From a virus (lineage: Duplodnaviria > Caudoviricetes): a stretch of DNA of 64,000 nucleotides. The first letter of the stretch is position 1. The number at the start of each line of letters is the position of its first letter. The DNA lies in IMG/VR virus record IMGVR_UViG_3300009183_000095, positions 666 through 64,665 of that record; one strand, written 5' to 3'. The notes under the pieces were generated by a model, which was given only the letters and a program-made list of their open reading frames with translations, did no database searches and was not told where the DNA came from. This document shows positions 27,491 to 36,169 of the stretch, piece by piece. A program made the translations under genes and the position numbers.

Positions 27491-27881
27491 TAAAATTATA
27501 CTCCTGTTGTTTTCTTACACGTTCACGTTCACGTTTTTGATAGTACTTTGTACCGAGAAATTCCATCTTTTGAATAATCTCGTTTACCTGCTCTTTGGAT
27601 AGCATAACAATTTCAGTTACTCCACCAATTTTTTCTTCAATCCAAAGATTCTTAGGATAGAATGTTTTGAAGGTCTCTTCAACCCCCTTCATCTCATCCA
27701 ATGGGCCAGCAACAGTTTTCATGATTTTAATTTCCCACTTGTCATACTGCTCAGGCTCATACTTGAACCTCTCCGCAGCATCCCAATTGGATGTATGACC
27801 AAACTTATAGAAGTCTATCTGTTTGGTTTCCTTGTTCGTGAACCTTGCAAGATACATCTTGCCTATCTTCTCCGTCATCAT
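27483..27881 (-). CDS. GIY-YIG/T5orf172-like hypothetical protein
   Basis: MYLARF...FYKFGHT...ERF...E pattern; start after GAGG SD. Confidence 0.5.
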   Translation of the reverse strand: MMTEKIGKMYLARFTNKETKQIDFYKFGHTSNWDAAERFKYEPEQYDKWEIKIMKTVAGPLDEMKGVEETFKTFYPKNLWIEEKIGGVTEIVMLSKEQVNEIIQKMEFLGTKYYQKRERERVRKQQEYNFND

Positions 27882-28122
27882 AACTACCTCTCTCACGTTG
27901 TTCAAATTTCTTTTCTTGTATTGTTTTCTCGCCCCAAACACGTCTAGGGTTTGAACATAATAAACATTTAGGATTACCGCAATTCATTGCATGATGTTTA
28001 GCAAACTTATGAGGTTCTTTTACAGGTACTCCAAATTCTTTTGCAATCTTTACCTGTCTTTTTATTTGCACTTCCTCTTGATGGAGACGTTTGCTGTGTT
28101 TTTGTTTATCTTCTTCATGCAT
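27805..28122 (-). CDS. conserved hypothetical protein with Cys/His motif
   Basis: KHHAMNCGNPKCLLCSNPRR; AGGAG SD. Confidence 0.65.
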   Translation of the reverse strand: MHEEDKQKHSKRLHQEEVQIKRQVKIAKEFGVPVKEPHKFAKHHAMNCGNPKCLLCSNPRRVWGEKTIQEKKFEQRERGSYDDGEDRQDVSCKVHEQGNQTDRLL

Positions 28123-28131
28123 ATTTTCTCC

Positions 28132-28419
28132 TTAAAATGTCATTCTAATTAGCCCTATAGTATCAATAGTGGTTAACAGGATGTAGTTAGCCAACATGCC
28201 AAATGATTTCCGAGTATAACTAGCCCAAGCGTACATAGCGCAACCACTAATCCAAACAGGATAAAGAGCCAGTAGGGGAGGATTAGGCACGGTAAGCGCC
28301 ATTGTAATCGAACACCCAATACTAATAGCCCAAGCGAGCAACTCAACAACAAAACGAAGCTTGTTAGAAGTCCAGTCATCTTTTATCCATTCAAGTGTAG
28401 GTCTGAATATATCCAGCAT
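28132..28419 (-). CDS. small three-TM membrane protein
   Basis: Three hydrophobic segments; TAATG coupling. Confidence 0.7.
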   Translation of the reverse strand: MLDIFRPTLEWIKDDWTSNKLRFVVELLAWAISIGCSITMALTVPNPPLLALYPVWISGCAMYAWASYTRKSFGMLANYILLTTIDTIGLIRMTF

Positions 28420-28700
28420 TAGACTTTCTTACCTTCCCCTGCAAGGAAGTAATTGGTTACTTTAGTCATCATAGTGGTTTTGGACTGTACAGCTTGAATT
28501 ATATTGATAAACTTCTGTTTGGTTTCTTTCTTACCTGTAGAAGCTTCAATAGCTTGAATGCAGAGGTTACGGAAATCCTCCACATGCATGACGGTATAGT
28601 TATCGAAGATATTTTTTATCATGTCTTCGCCTATTCCGTCATGTTTGACGCGAGCCTTAGAGCTGGTCTGAGTAGTTGTAATCACGGTAGTTCCTTTCAT
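28419..28700 (-). CDS. hypothetical protein
   Basis: Directly downstream of a sigma70 promoter. Confidence 0.65.
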   Translation of the reverse strand: MKGTTVITTTQTSSKARVKHDGIGEDMIKNIFDNYTVMHVEDFRNLCIQAIEASTGKKETKQKFINIIQAVQSKTTMMTKVTNYFLAGEGKKV

Positions 28701-28711
28701 AATGATGATTC

Positions 28712-28740
28712 ATTATAGTATACTACCGAAATTAAAGCAA
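28712..28740 (-). promoter_or_regulatory. sigma70-type early promoter
   Basis: TTGCTTTAATT...TATAAT, 17-bp spacer; same family as the promoters at 2134 and 2210. Confidence 0.8.
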
Positions 28741-28748
28741 CAGATTTT

Positions 28749-29459
28749 TTATAGGCCTTTTCCATACGATTGCTGTAGCGCTATGTTATCGAAAAATTCT
28801 TTCTTTACTGACGCGTCATGAAATTGACCGTGTAGTACTGTCGTTTGAGTAAGTGAACTATGAGCCATAATTCCTCGGTTCTCACAACACCCGTGAGTAG
28901 CTTGGACATATACACCCACATCCTTACTATCGGTAGATGCAATTATTTCTCTAGCAATGTCGTTGCAGAGCTCTTCCTGTAACGTTCCACGGCGAGCACA
29001 CCATTGAGCGATTCTAGTATATTTAGATAAGCCAATAAGTTTATTAGCGGCGATAATCCCGATGTATGCCACACCAGATACAGGCTGGTGATGATGACTG
29101 CACATAGAGCGCAATTCGCTACGGACAACTAGCATACCTTCGTAACGGTCTTGCGAGTCATTAGGAAAAGCGGTTGCTGTAGGTCTGTGGTCATATCGCC
29201 CTGCCATTATTTCATTAAAGTACATTTTAGCAAGGCGCTTGGCTGTACCTCTACTATTAGGATCGTTTTCACGGTCAATTAATAATACATCCAAAACTTT
29301 TTCAAACGCTTCTGTAGCTTCTGTAATTAGTGTCTGTTTAGTAATATCATCACCAACATACTCACTAATATTATCTCCAGCCCAGAAGCGCTTACCATCA
29401 GATTTCATTCGTTTGCGAATAACTTGTGATAGATTTTTTTCCATAATACCCTCAGTCAA
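28749..29459 (-). CDS. folE: GTP cyclohydrolase I
   Basis: SMCSHH, IGLSKYTRI, ARRGTLQEEL, HGCCENRG. Confidence 0.96.
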   Translation of the reverse strand: MTEGIMEKNLSQVIRKRMKSDGKRFWAGDNISEYVGDDITKQTLITEATEAFEKVLDVLLIDRENDPNSRGTAKRLAKMYFNEIMAGRYDHRPTATAFPNDSQDRYEGMLVVRSELRSMCSHHHQPVSGVAYIGIIAANKLIGLSKYTRIAQWCARRGTLQEELCNDIAREIIASTDSKDVGVYVQATHGCCENRGIMAHSSLTQTTVLHGQFHDASVKKEFFDNIALQQSYGKGL

Positions 29460-30000
29460 TTAGATTCTCTTTCCACTCACGGTGACCTTCTCTATATGCC
29501 ATATTGCTAATAGTCTCTCTTACCTCTACTCTATAGCACCAAAGGCGTTCTGCTTCACTAGGTCCCCACATATCTGGAATATATACTCCATTAACGTATC
29601 GGTAGAGCATATCAGAAAGACCTTCACAACCAAGCTTTGGAAGAATAGTTAACTTAGCCATCTTTTTATCTTGCAAAAGTTTAAACGTTTCTAACTCTGG
29701 GTCATCTTCAGCTACTAATAAAGTATGATCAAACTGATCTTCTAAAATTCCTTTTAGTTCTTTTAGACCGCCATAATCAGCAGCCCAGTTGCGTACATCA
29801 AGATCATCAGTACCAAAAAAGAATCTCATAGAAAAACTATAACCATGAATTAAGTTACAATGGGAGTCTGCTCTCCATTGACGATATGCACATGGAAATG
29901 CATTGTGATATTCTTTAGTACTCGTATACTTGTATTGTACTGGGTGACGTAAATACTGTCTATGGTCGCTTACTACTGGTGTTCCAAAATCATCTGACAT
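29452..30000 (-). CDS. queD: QueD / PTPS-family synthase (atypical His ligands)
   Basis: HCNLIHGYS, DYGGLK, FDHTLL, VEVRET; position in the cluster. Confidence 0.85.
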   Translation of the reverse strand: MSDDFGTPVVSDHRQYLRHPVQYKYTSTKEYHNAFPCAYRQWRADSHCNLIHGYSFSMRFFFGTDDLDVRNWAADYGGLKELKGILEDQFDHTLLVAEDDPELETFKLLQDKKMAKLTILPKLGCEGLSDMLYRYVNGVYIPDMWGPSEAERLWCYRVEVRETISNMAYREGHREWKENLID

Positions 30001-30024
30001 ACTGTTCTCCTGTGTTTATTTTCA

Positions 30025-30438
30025 TTATACCTTTTCCCACCAAAAGTCTATCCAATTGGTTATGATTTGTCTATCAATCATCCATCCCCAATAATTCGGC
30101 TTAAATGATTGACCGGAGTTATAAACGAGGCTTGCAGTGTCTACATGACCATGAATAGCTATAATTTCCTGCATCGTCTGACCTGTATCAACTATATCAT
30201 CAACGAGCAATATTTTATCGTTTAACTTAAATCCTAAATCAATTACAGTGGGTTCATTCTTTGACCAATGTAACGCTTGAAAGGGGATGTTCATTTTATG
30301 GCTTAATGCCACAGCAGGTATTACACCCCCTCTTGCAATACCTACAATACAATCATATTTTTTACCTGATTTTTCTACACTCTCAGCTATTCGATTTACA
30401 TCACGTGTAAATGCTTCAAAGTTATAAAATAAGTTCAT
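30025..30438 (-). CDS. type I purine phosphoribosyltransferase (Gpt-like)
   Basis: IARGG..PA, PRPP motif ILLVDDIVDTGQT, C-terminal WIDFWWE. Confidence 0.9.
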   Translation of the reverse strand: MNLFYNFEAFTRDVNRIAESVEKSGKKYDCIVGIARGGVIPAVALSHKMNIPFQALHWSKNEPTVIDLGFKLNDKILLVDDIVDTGQTMQEIIAIHGHVDTASLVYNSGQSFKPNYWGWMIDRQIITNWIDFWWEKV

Positions 30439-31292
30439 TAAGTACCCCATTCATTTTTAAAGAGAGGCACTTGTAGTCTATCAGAATATCTGAAACCTTT
30501 TTTCATTGCAAGATCTGCAACAGCTCTGTTGTTCATATGGTATACAGACTCTACACCACCAACAGGCATCAAATAAACCGGTCCATTAAAGCCATAGTCA
30601 CGATATGCCTCAACCGCGCGACTTGCTTCATCTGCATCTTCTTGTGTTGCTACTACAAACTTCAGATAGGTATAGCCAATGCCACTATAAGCGGATACTA
30701 CCTTTGGTTGAATTGCTTCTTCCCATGACTCACCTGATACAGATAGTTTAGGTGATACGGAGAAGGTAAGGCTGCTATATTCTCTATCGTTAACGAAAGT
30801 CCATTCGTTAAGATATTCTTTAAGAGAATCAGAGAGAGGTTGAGTACCGTTAGTTTCAAACGTTAACTCTTTTAGACCCCTCATACATGGCTGTAGTAGA
30901 AGGTCAGGGTATGCACGTTGCCAACCCAGTAGAGGTTCACCGCCGGTGATTACGAGATGTTCGTCTTTCCATTCCTTGTGCGGTAGAAGATCAACAATTG
31001 AAGTGGCAAGACTATCAACAGGTACAACAGGGCTAAGATGCTTAAAGCGCACATCCCAGCTAGCATAACTATCACACCCGGTAGATACCAAAGGGAGTGC
31101 TTTATACTCTGTGTAATTTTCGGGGTTGATTTTAAGGTGCTCATCACTTTTTTGTCCTTTCGGCATACCAAAACCTGAGCATGTGAAGTTACATCCAAAT
31201 GTTCTTAGGAACACGGACGGGACGCCCATATAGCGACCTTCACCTTGAATGGAGTAGAATAACTCCGCGACTTTAAGTTTCTGCAATCTCAT
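30438..31292 (-). CDS. queE: 7-carboxy-7-deazaguanine synthase QueE (radical SAM)
   Basis: ELFYSIQGEG, FLRTFGCNFTC...GCDS, VITGGEP, ETNGT, SPKL. Confidence 0.93.
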   Translation of the reverse strand: MRLQKLKVAELFYSIQGEGRYMGVPSVFLRTFGCNFTCSGFGMPKGQKSDEHLKINPENYTEYKALPLVSTGCDSYASWDVRFKHLSPVVPVDSLATSIVDLLPHKEWKDEHLVITGGEPLLGWQRAYPDLLLQPCMRGLKELTFETNGTQPLSDSLKEYLNEWTFVNDREYSSLTFSVSPKLSVSGESWEEAIQPKVVSAYSGIGYTYLKFVVATQEDADEASRAVEAYRDYGFNGPVYLMPVGGVESVYHMNNRAVADLAMKKGFRYSDRLQVPLFKNEWGT

Positions 31293-31896
31293 CTCCTAGT
31301 TTACGTGGAAGGGCACGTGATAAGTTATGTAGGCTACCTACAGCTCTTTTCACTTGTCTGTCTCGAATTTTTTTCTGTCTTAACGCTCTATCTAAAAGTA
31401 GTTTATGAGCTCTTGTAGTATAGTCTATTCCATTTAAATGATCCAGCTCATGTAGGATACACCTGGCTGTCATACCAATAAACTTCTCCGTTACAGTCTC
31501 TCCTGTGTACTTGGTATAACGTACTTTGATAATAGCTGGGCGTTTAATTTTAACAAAGAACCCTGGGCGAGATAAGCACCCCTCCTCTAGGGAATTCTCT
31601 TCCATGGATGTATCAATTAATTTAGGATTAAACAATGCAAGAGGGGCTTGTGAATGTAATACAAACACACTATAAGGAATGCCTACTTGATTGGCTGCTA
31701 ATCCTAGCCCGTTATACTTTGACATAGTAGCAATTAAATTATTTGCTAACTCGGCAGGGTTCATAGGAGGGTTTTTAAAATCAAATCTCTCCGTAGGCTT
31801 ATGCAGTATAGGATTAGTACAAGGTAGTACATCGTAAATAGTTGGCTCCGGAGGCTTGGGAGCATCTACTATTTCATAATTCATTGTTTCAGTCAT
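31273..31896 (-). CDS. def: peptide deformylase
   Basis: GLGLAANQVG, EGCLS, HELDHLNG. Confidence 0.95.
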   Translation of the reverse strand: MTETMNYEIVDAPKPPEPTIYDVLPCTNPILHKPTERFDFKNPPMNPAELANNLIATMSKYNGLGLAANQVGIPYSVFVLHSQAPLALFNPKLIDTSMEENSLEEGCLSRPGFFVKIKRPAIIKVRYTKYTGETVTEKFIGMTARCILHELDHLNGIDYTTRAHKLLLDRALRQKKIRDRQVKRAVGSLHNLSRALPRKLGDEIAET

Positions 31897-33608
31897 TGTG
31901 ATATCCTCGAAAAGTTCTTATGTTTCTCAAACTTAATTACACTGTCAAACTTATCAAACAGCTGATCACCTTTGTGACTAATAATAAAAATATTAGTATC
32001 ACCGGTAATAGTGCTGATGATCTTTAAAAACTCGTCTGTGCCAGCGTTATCCAAAGACGAGTCAAACACTTCATCCATTATGAGAAGATTAGTACTAGCA
32101 CTATTGCGAAGCTTAGCCACAGCTCTCCAGGTAAATAGTAGAGCCAAGTCAATTCGCATCTTCTCACCCTCTGAAAAACTCTCGTAACTAAATTCATCTC
32201 TAAACCTCGACTTTATCTTCTCTTCAAAATTTTCATTCAATTCAAAGTTAACAAAGAAGTCCATGGCCGCCAGGTACTTGTTGATCAACTTATTCATTAC
32301 TGGAATATATTGTTTAATAATTTTAGTTTTAATGCCAGAATCTTTTAATAATAACTGTGCTACATCCAACACTCCTTTATCAGTTACAAGATCTTCTTTG
32401 AGTTTAATCATATCACCTAACTCAATTTTTAACTGTTTTAATTCATCAGAAGTGTCTTCATTAGATGTATTACTACCTTGTAGCTTAACTATTTCATTTT
32501 TAATATCTGTTATGAATTGGTTCCAGGTCGTAACCTGTACATTTAAGTTAGATATTTGTTGATTACAAGTGGATATGTCATTTAATATATTATTGATAGT
32601 CTCTAGACGGGTATTAAGAGCACAATACTCTTCCTCAAGTTTGGTTTTTCCTTCATTGATTTCAGTAACTTGGGTAGTGTCTCGTTCAATAATCTCTTGT
32701 TTATGCGAATGTTCAATCCCCTGGCGGCATGTTGGACAATCGTTATGTTCTTGAAAGAACGAAAGTTCTTTTTCAAGCTTGCTAAGTCGTTGATCAATCT
32801 GGGCGCCCAAGGTATCCAACTTTTTGATTTTTTGCCGTACTGAATCTTTATCAGAAATAGAATGATTGGCAATTTCAAGTAATTTTGAAATTCTATTGAT
32901 GTCACTGTTCGCTGTTTGAATTTGACCATTGTATTCCTCGATCTTTTCTTCTTTCTGCTTTATTATTTCATCAGTATTGGCTTTGAGTACATTAATATGT
33001 TTCTTTAATATAACAATCTTCTCACCATTAGATTTAATATTATAGTCAGTATCGGTAATAGAATTTCTATTCTCTGTTACTTTTTCTTTAAGTAATGTAT
33101 TCATTGTAGAGAAAATCTGAATATCTAATAGGTCCTCAATCACCTCTCTTCTATGCATTGCTGACAACTGCATGAACGGAACAAACGATGCACTACCTAA
33201 TACTACAATTTGACTAAATGACTTATGATTGAGACGGAGAATATTTCTCTCGAACATCTCTTGATACTCTTTTGACTCAGCATCTTGGTTGAGCATATTA
33301 CCGTCTTGGTAAATTTCAAACAAAGTCGGCTTGATGCCTCTCTTAATAGTAAAGTTTCTTTTACCAATAGAAAAATCCAGATGAACTTCTAAGCCCTTCT
33401 GGTTAATGGCATTTACTAGTTGAGGTTTATTAATCTTACGAAACGGCTTACCGTATAAAGCAAACGATAAAGCATCTAAGATGGTAGACTTACCCGCACC
33501 ATTCTCACCTACTATTAACGTTGACTTAGTCTTTGTGAAATCAATCTCTGTGAAAGTATTTCCAGTTGATAGAAAGTTCTTCCACTTAATATTTTTGAAA
33601 TAAATCAT
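31893..33608 (-). CDS. gp46: recombination ATPase, Rad50/SbcC-like (gp46)
   Basis: GENGAGKS, CPTC zinc hook, FSEGE signature, MDEVFD. Confidence 0.96.
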   Translation of the reverse strand: MIYFKNIKWKNFLSTGNTFTEIDFTKTKSTLIVGENGAGKSTILDALSFALYGKPFRKINKPQLVNAINQKGLEVHLDFSIGKRNFTIKRGIKPTLFEIYQDGNMLNQDAESKEYQEMFERNILRLNHKSFSQIVVLGSASFVPFMQLSAMHRREVIEDLLDIQIFSTMNTLLKEKVTENRNSITDTDYNIKSNGEKIVILKKHINVLKANTDEIIKQKEEKIEEYNGQIQTANSDINRISKLLEIANHSISDKDSVRQKIKKLDTLGAQIDQRLSKLEKELSFFQEHNDCPTCRQGIEHSHKQEIIERDTTQVTEINEGKTKLEEEYCALNTRLETINNILNDISTCNQQISNLNVQVTTWNQFITDIKNEIVKLQGSNTSNEDTSDELKQLKIELGDMIKLKEDLVTDKGVLDVAQLLLKDSGIKTKIIKQYIPVMNKLINKYLAAMDFFVNFELNENFEEKIKSRFRDEFSYESFSEGEKMRIDLALLFTWRAVAKLRNSASTNLLIMDEVFDSSLDNAGTDEFLKIISTITGDTNIFIISHKGDQLFDKFDSVIKFEKHKNFSRISQ

Positions 33609-34087
33609 GCACTAAACCACTCCGGTATCGGTCTGTTGGTCCATCTTGCAAAAGATGCTTTAGCCCCAACGTAATAATTTTTATATGATTGAATTGTACT
33701 TTGGTGTTTGTACTCATCAGGCATGGCGGGAGGTGGATCTGACCACTCTGCATTAACTATATTGGAGGGAGGGTCGTAGAGGATGTTAATTAGTCCTTCA
33801 CGCTCTACCTTATGCACCTTACCATATCGATGAGTATACTCCTTACACAACTCCCTTAACAACATCCATAACCAATTATAATGTTCTTTATTGGTCCTCA
33901 CCCATACAGCCGATGGATGATTTTTATGGGTCAATTTATAGATAGGCTTTATTACCTGATCTCCATCTAGCATATGATGGGCGTTAGATAGAAGTTGTGC
34001 AGTCTCCAATATCATTTTAACAACATGCTTATCACAATGTTGTTGTGCACATGTCGCAGGGTCATAATCAAGATAAAATATATTCAC
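33605..34087 (-). CDS. pyrimidine-dimer DNA glycosylase (DenV) family protein
   Basis: MNIFYLD, DKHVVKMILETAQLL, THKNHPSAVW, EYT.RYGK.H. Confidence 0.7.
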   Translation of the reverse strand: MNIFYLDYDPATCAQQHCDKHVVKMILETAQLLSNAHHMLDGDQVIKPIYKLTHKNHPSAVWVRTNKEHYNWLWMLLRELCKEYTHRYGKVHKVEREGLINILYDPPSNIVNAEWSDPPPAMPDEYKHQSTIQSYKNYYVGAKASFARWTNRPIPEWFSA

Positions 34088-34090
34088 GGA

Positions 34091-35149
34091 TTACTCCAAT
34101 GTTAATGCCTCATTGTATAGACTTCTTAATAAATTTTCCAGCTTTTGTTTGTCAGCTTTAAGTTCTAACTGATCTACGTACTTGTTAAGGATAGTCAGAG
34201 TATCTTCTGCCTCGTTAACTATGTCCTCGTCATCCTCTAAATTTAAGTTCAAATGATCCTCAACAACTTGTAGATCAACCACTCCGGCCTTTTCCAGTCT
34301 ATCGATGTACATATCAAACCAGGTGGGGTTAATTTTATTGGTAACAATTACTTTAACAATACAACCTTTATACTGACTAAGGTCCATGGATACAATTTCA
34401 GTCATCGTAGCATTGATATCATCGTACCATACTTTATGGAACATCTCAAATGGATTCTTTATAAATTGTAACTCTCTTGTTTCTGTATCCAGTATATGAA
34501 AACCTTTTGGATCAGACCAATCAGACCAAGTCATCTCATAAGGCGTACCGGTATAGGTGATATTACGTCTTGTGGAGCGGTGGTGGTAGTGACCAGATAT
34601 AACAAGGTCGAACTTATCAAATATACTAGGATCAAGCCCCTCATCGTTTACTGCTCCTTTGTACATCTCAAACCCTTGTATCTCAAAATGACCGCAAACG
34701 ATTTGAGCTTTTGATTTATGTAACGCATCTATTACTACATTATAGTTGTCATTACAAATCCATGGAACAGTAAGAATATCTACTCCGTCAAATTCTAGCA
34801 GGGTAGGTTCGTTAATACACTTTATGTTGTGATACTCACCTAATAGTAGATTGGGTGAGTTAACATCATTGGTATTCTTAAAGTAAGTATCGTGATTGCC
34901 TGTCAATAAACAAGCAGTATACTCGTTGTTGATTCGTTCAAAGAAGTACTCTTTTGCACCACTCAACGTATTGAAGTTAATAAACTTTCTTCTATCAAAT
35001 ACATCACCTAACTGAATGATGTGAAGGATGTTATTTTTTTCTAGATAGGGAAAGAACACTTCGTTGTAGAATTTACGGAAGTGTTCTTGAAATATTGGAC
35101 TATCACCTCTAGCCCCAAAATGTGTATCACCTAGGATTGCTATCTTCAT
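34091..35149 (-). CDS. gp47: recombination nuclease, Mre11/SbcD-like (gp47)
   Basis: GDTHFG, LGDVFDRRK, GNHD, SGHYH. Confidence 0.96.
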   Translation of the reverse strand: MKIAILGDTHFGARGDSPIFQEHFRKFYNEVFFPYLEKNNILHIIQLGDVFDRRKFINFNTLSGAKEYFFERINNEYTACLLTGNHDTYFKNTNDVNSPNLLLGEYHNIKCINEPTLLEFDGVDILTVPWICNDNYNVVIDALHKSKAQIVCGHFEIQGFEMYKGAVNDEGLDPSIFDKFDLVISGHYHHRSTRRNITYTGTPYEMTWSDWSDPKGFHILDTETRELQFIKNPFEMFHKVWYDDINATMTEIVSMDLSQYKGCIVKVIVTNKINPTWFDMYIDRLEKAGVVDLQVVEDHLNLNLEDDEDIVNEAEDTLTILNKYVDQLELKADKQKLENLLRSLYNEALTLE

Positions 35150-35717
35150 CTACAATATCCTCGCTTAAAATAATATCGTCATCTTCCATAAACTTTTCGA
35201 GACCCTTTTTACGCTTGACTCTTTTCTTATCAAGCCCTTCCTCAAAGCTTTTAATAAATTCTGAAATACTTTCATTATCTACATCAACATATACAGGTAC
35301 AAAGTCTCCATCTTCAAACTCACCTTGCTCTACCAGCGTATTCATAATAAGAGAATTCTCTACTGTCTTGTGCTTGATATAGAGTTGTTTCTTTTCTTTT
35401 TGTATTCTTCGAAGAAATGCAAAATAGATAATTTGCGTAAAGTAAGCAAAAGGATTATTCGATTTATCAGGATCAAAATTATCAATGTAGCAAATACAAT
35501 TCTCAATTCCATCTGATACCATTTCTTCCCTATACGAGTAGTTAATGAAGTTAGGCTTCATAGAGAGTCTATTAGCGATCATTAACATACACTCGCCCAG
35601 ATACCTAGGTATGACCGGCTTGGGAGTGCTATTCTTTTTTGATTCGATGACGGCGTTTCGATATTCTACTATCGACGCAAGCATCAACTTGTTATCTACG
35701 TAATGGTTATCTGACAT
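35127..35717 (-). CDS. gp55: late-transcription sigma factor (gp55)
   Basis: HYVDN, NFINYSYREEMVSDGIENC, NPFAYFTQI...AFLRRI.KEK. Confidence 0.96.
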   Translation of the reverse strand: MSDNHYVDNKLMLASIVEYRNAVIESKKNSTPKPVIPRYLGECMLMIANRLSMKPNFINYSYREEMVSDGIENCICYIDNFDPDKSNNPFAYFTQIIYFAFLRRIQKEKKQLYIKHKTVENSLIMNTLVEQGEFEDGDFVPVYVDVDNESISEFIKSFEEGLDKKRVKRKKGLEKFMEDDDIILSEDIVDEDSNPR

Positions 35718-35742
35718 TTATACTTTCACTTTCAACAGAGTT

Positions 35743-35771
35743 ATTATAATGGTACATAAAATAAAAATCAA
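35743..35771 (-). promoter_or_regulatory. sigma70-type promoter for gp55
   Basis: TTGATT-N17-TATAAT. Confidence 0.7.
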
Positions 35772-35773
35772 CT

Positions 35774-36169
35774 TTAATTAATTGTCACACGACCTTTAAT
35801 TCTTTCGACCATGGCCATAGTAGCTTCTACTTCTTCTTCTGACATCTCTACAGGCTGAGCGGCATCATTTAATTCTTCATTGATCATTTTGTCAACGTTT
35901 TCTTGAATGACTCTTAATGCGTTATCATAGTAGTTAAGCATACCTTTTTTAGGTATAGCAATTGCAATAATATGACCACGATCAAAGGTAATGTCTTGAT
36001 CGTCAGCAAAGGGAATGAACCGTTGAATTGATACTGAAGGGGTATGGTTGGGGCTCTTCATGAAGTAGTTCAACTGTAGGGGATTTGTTACGTCAATGTG
36101 GGTTGTGTTGGAATTGCTTATCACACCGACAATCTCGGCACCACTAGATAATTTGATTAAGGATACCAT
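35774..36169 (-). CDS. conserved hypothetical protein between uvsW and gp55
   Basis: IKLSSGAEIVG...NPL pattern; usual synteny. Confidence 0.75.
   Translation of the reverse strand: MVSLIKLSSGAEIVGVISNSNTTHIDVTNPLQLNYFMKSPNHTPSVSIQRFIPFADDQDITFDRGHIIAIAIPKKGMLNYYDNALRVIQENVDKMINEELNDAAQPVEMSEEEVEATMAMVERIKGRVTIN

Noticed and set aside
23517-31292. Simple queuosine tRNA-modification auxiliary pathway
   Set aside because: No queA, queG/queH or canonical zinc-binding tgt in the window; the formyltransferase and nucleotide-pool enzymes point to DNA modification.
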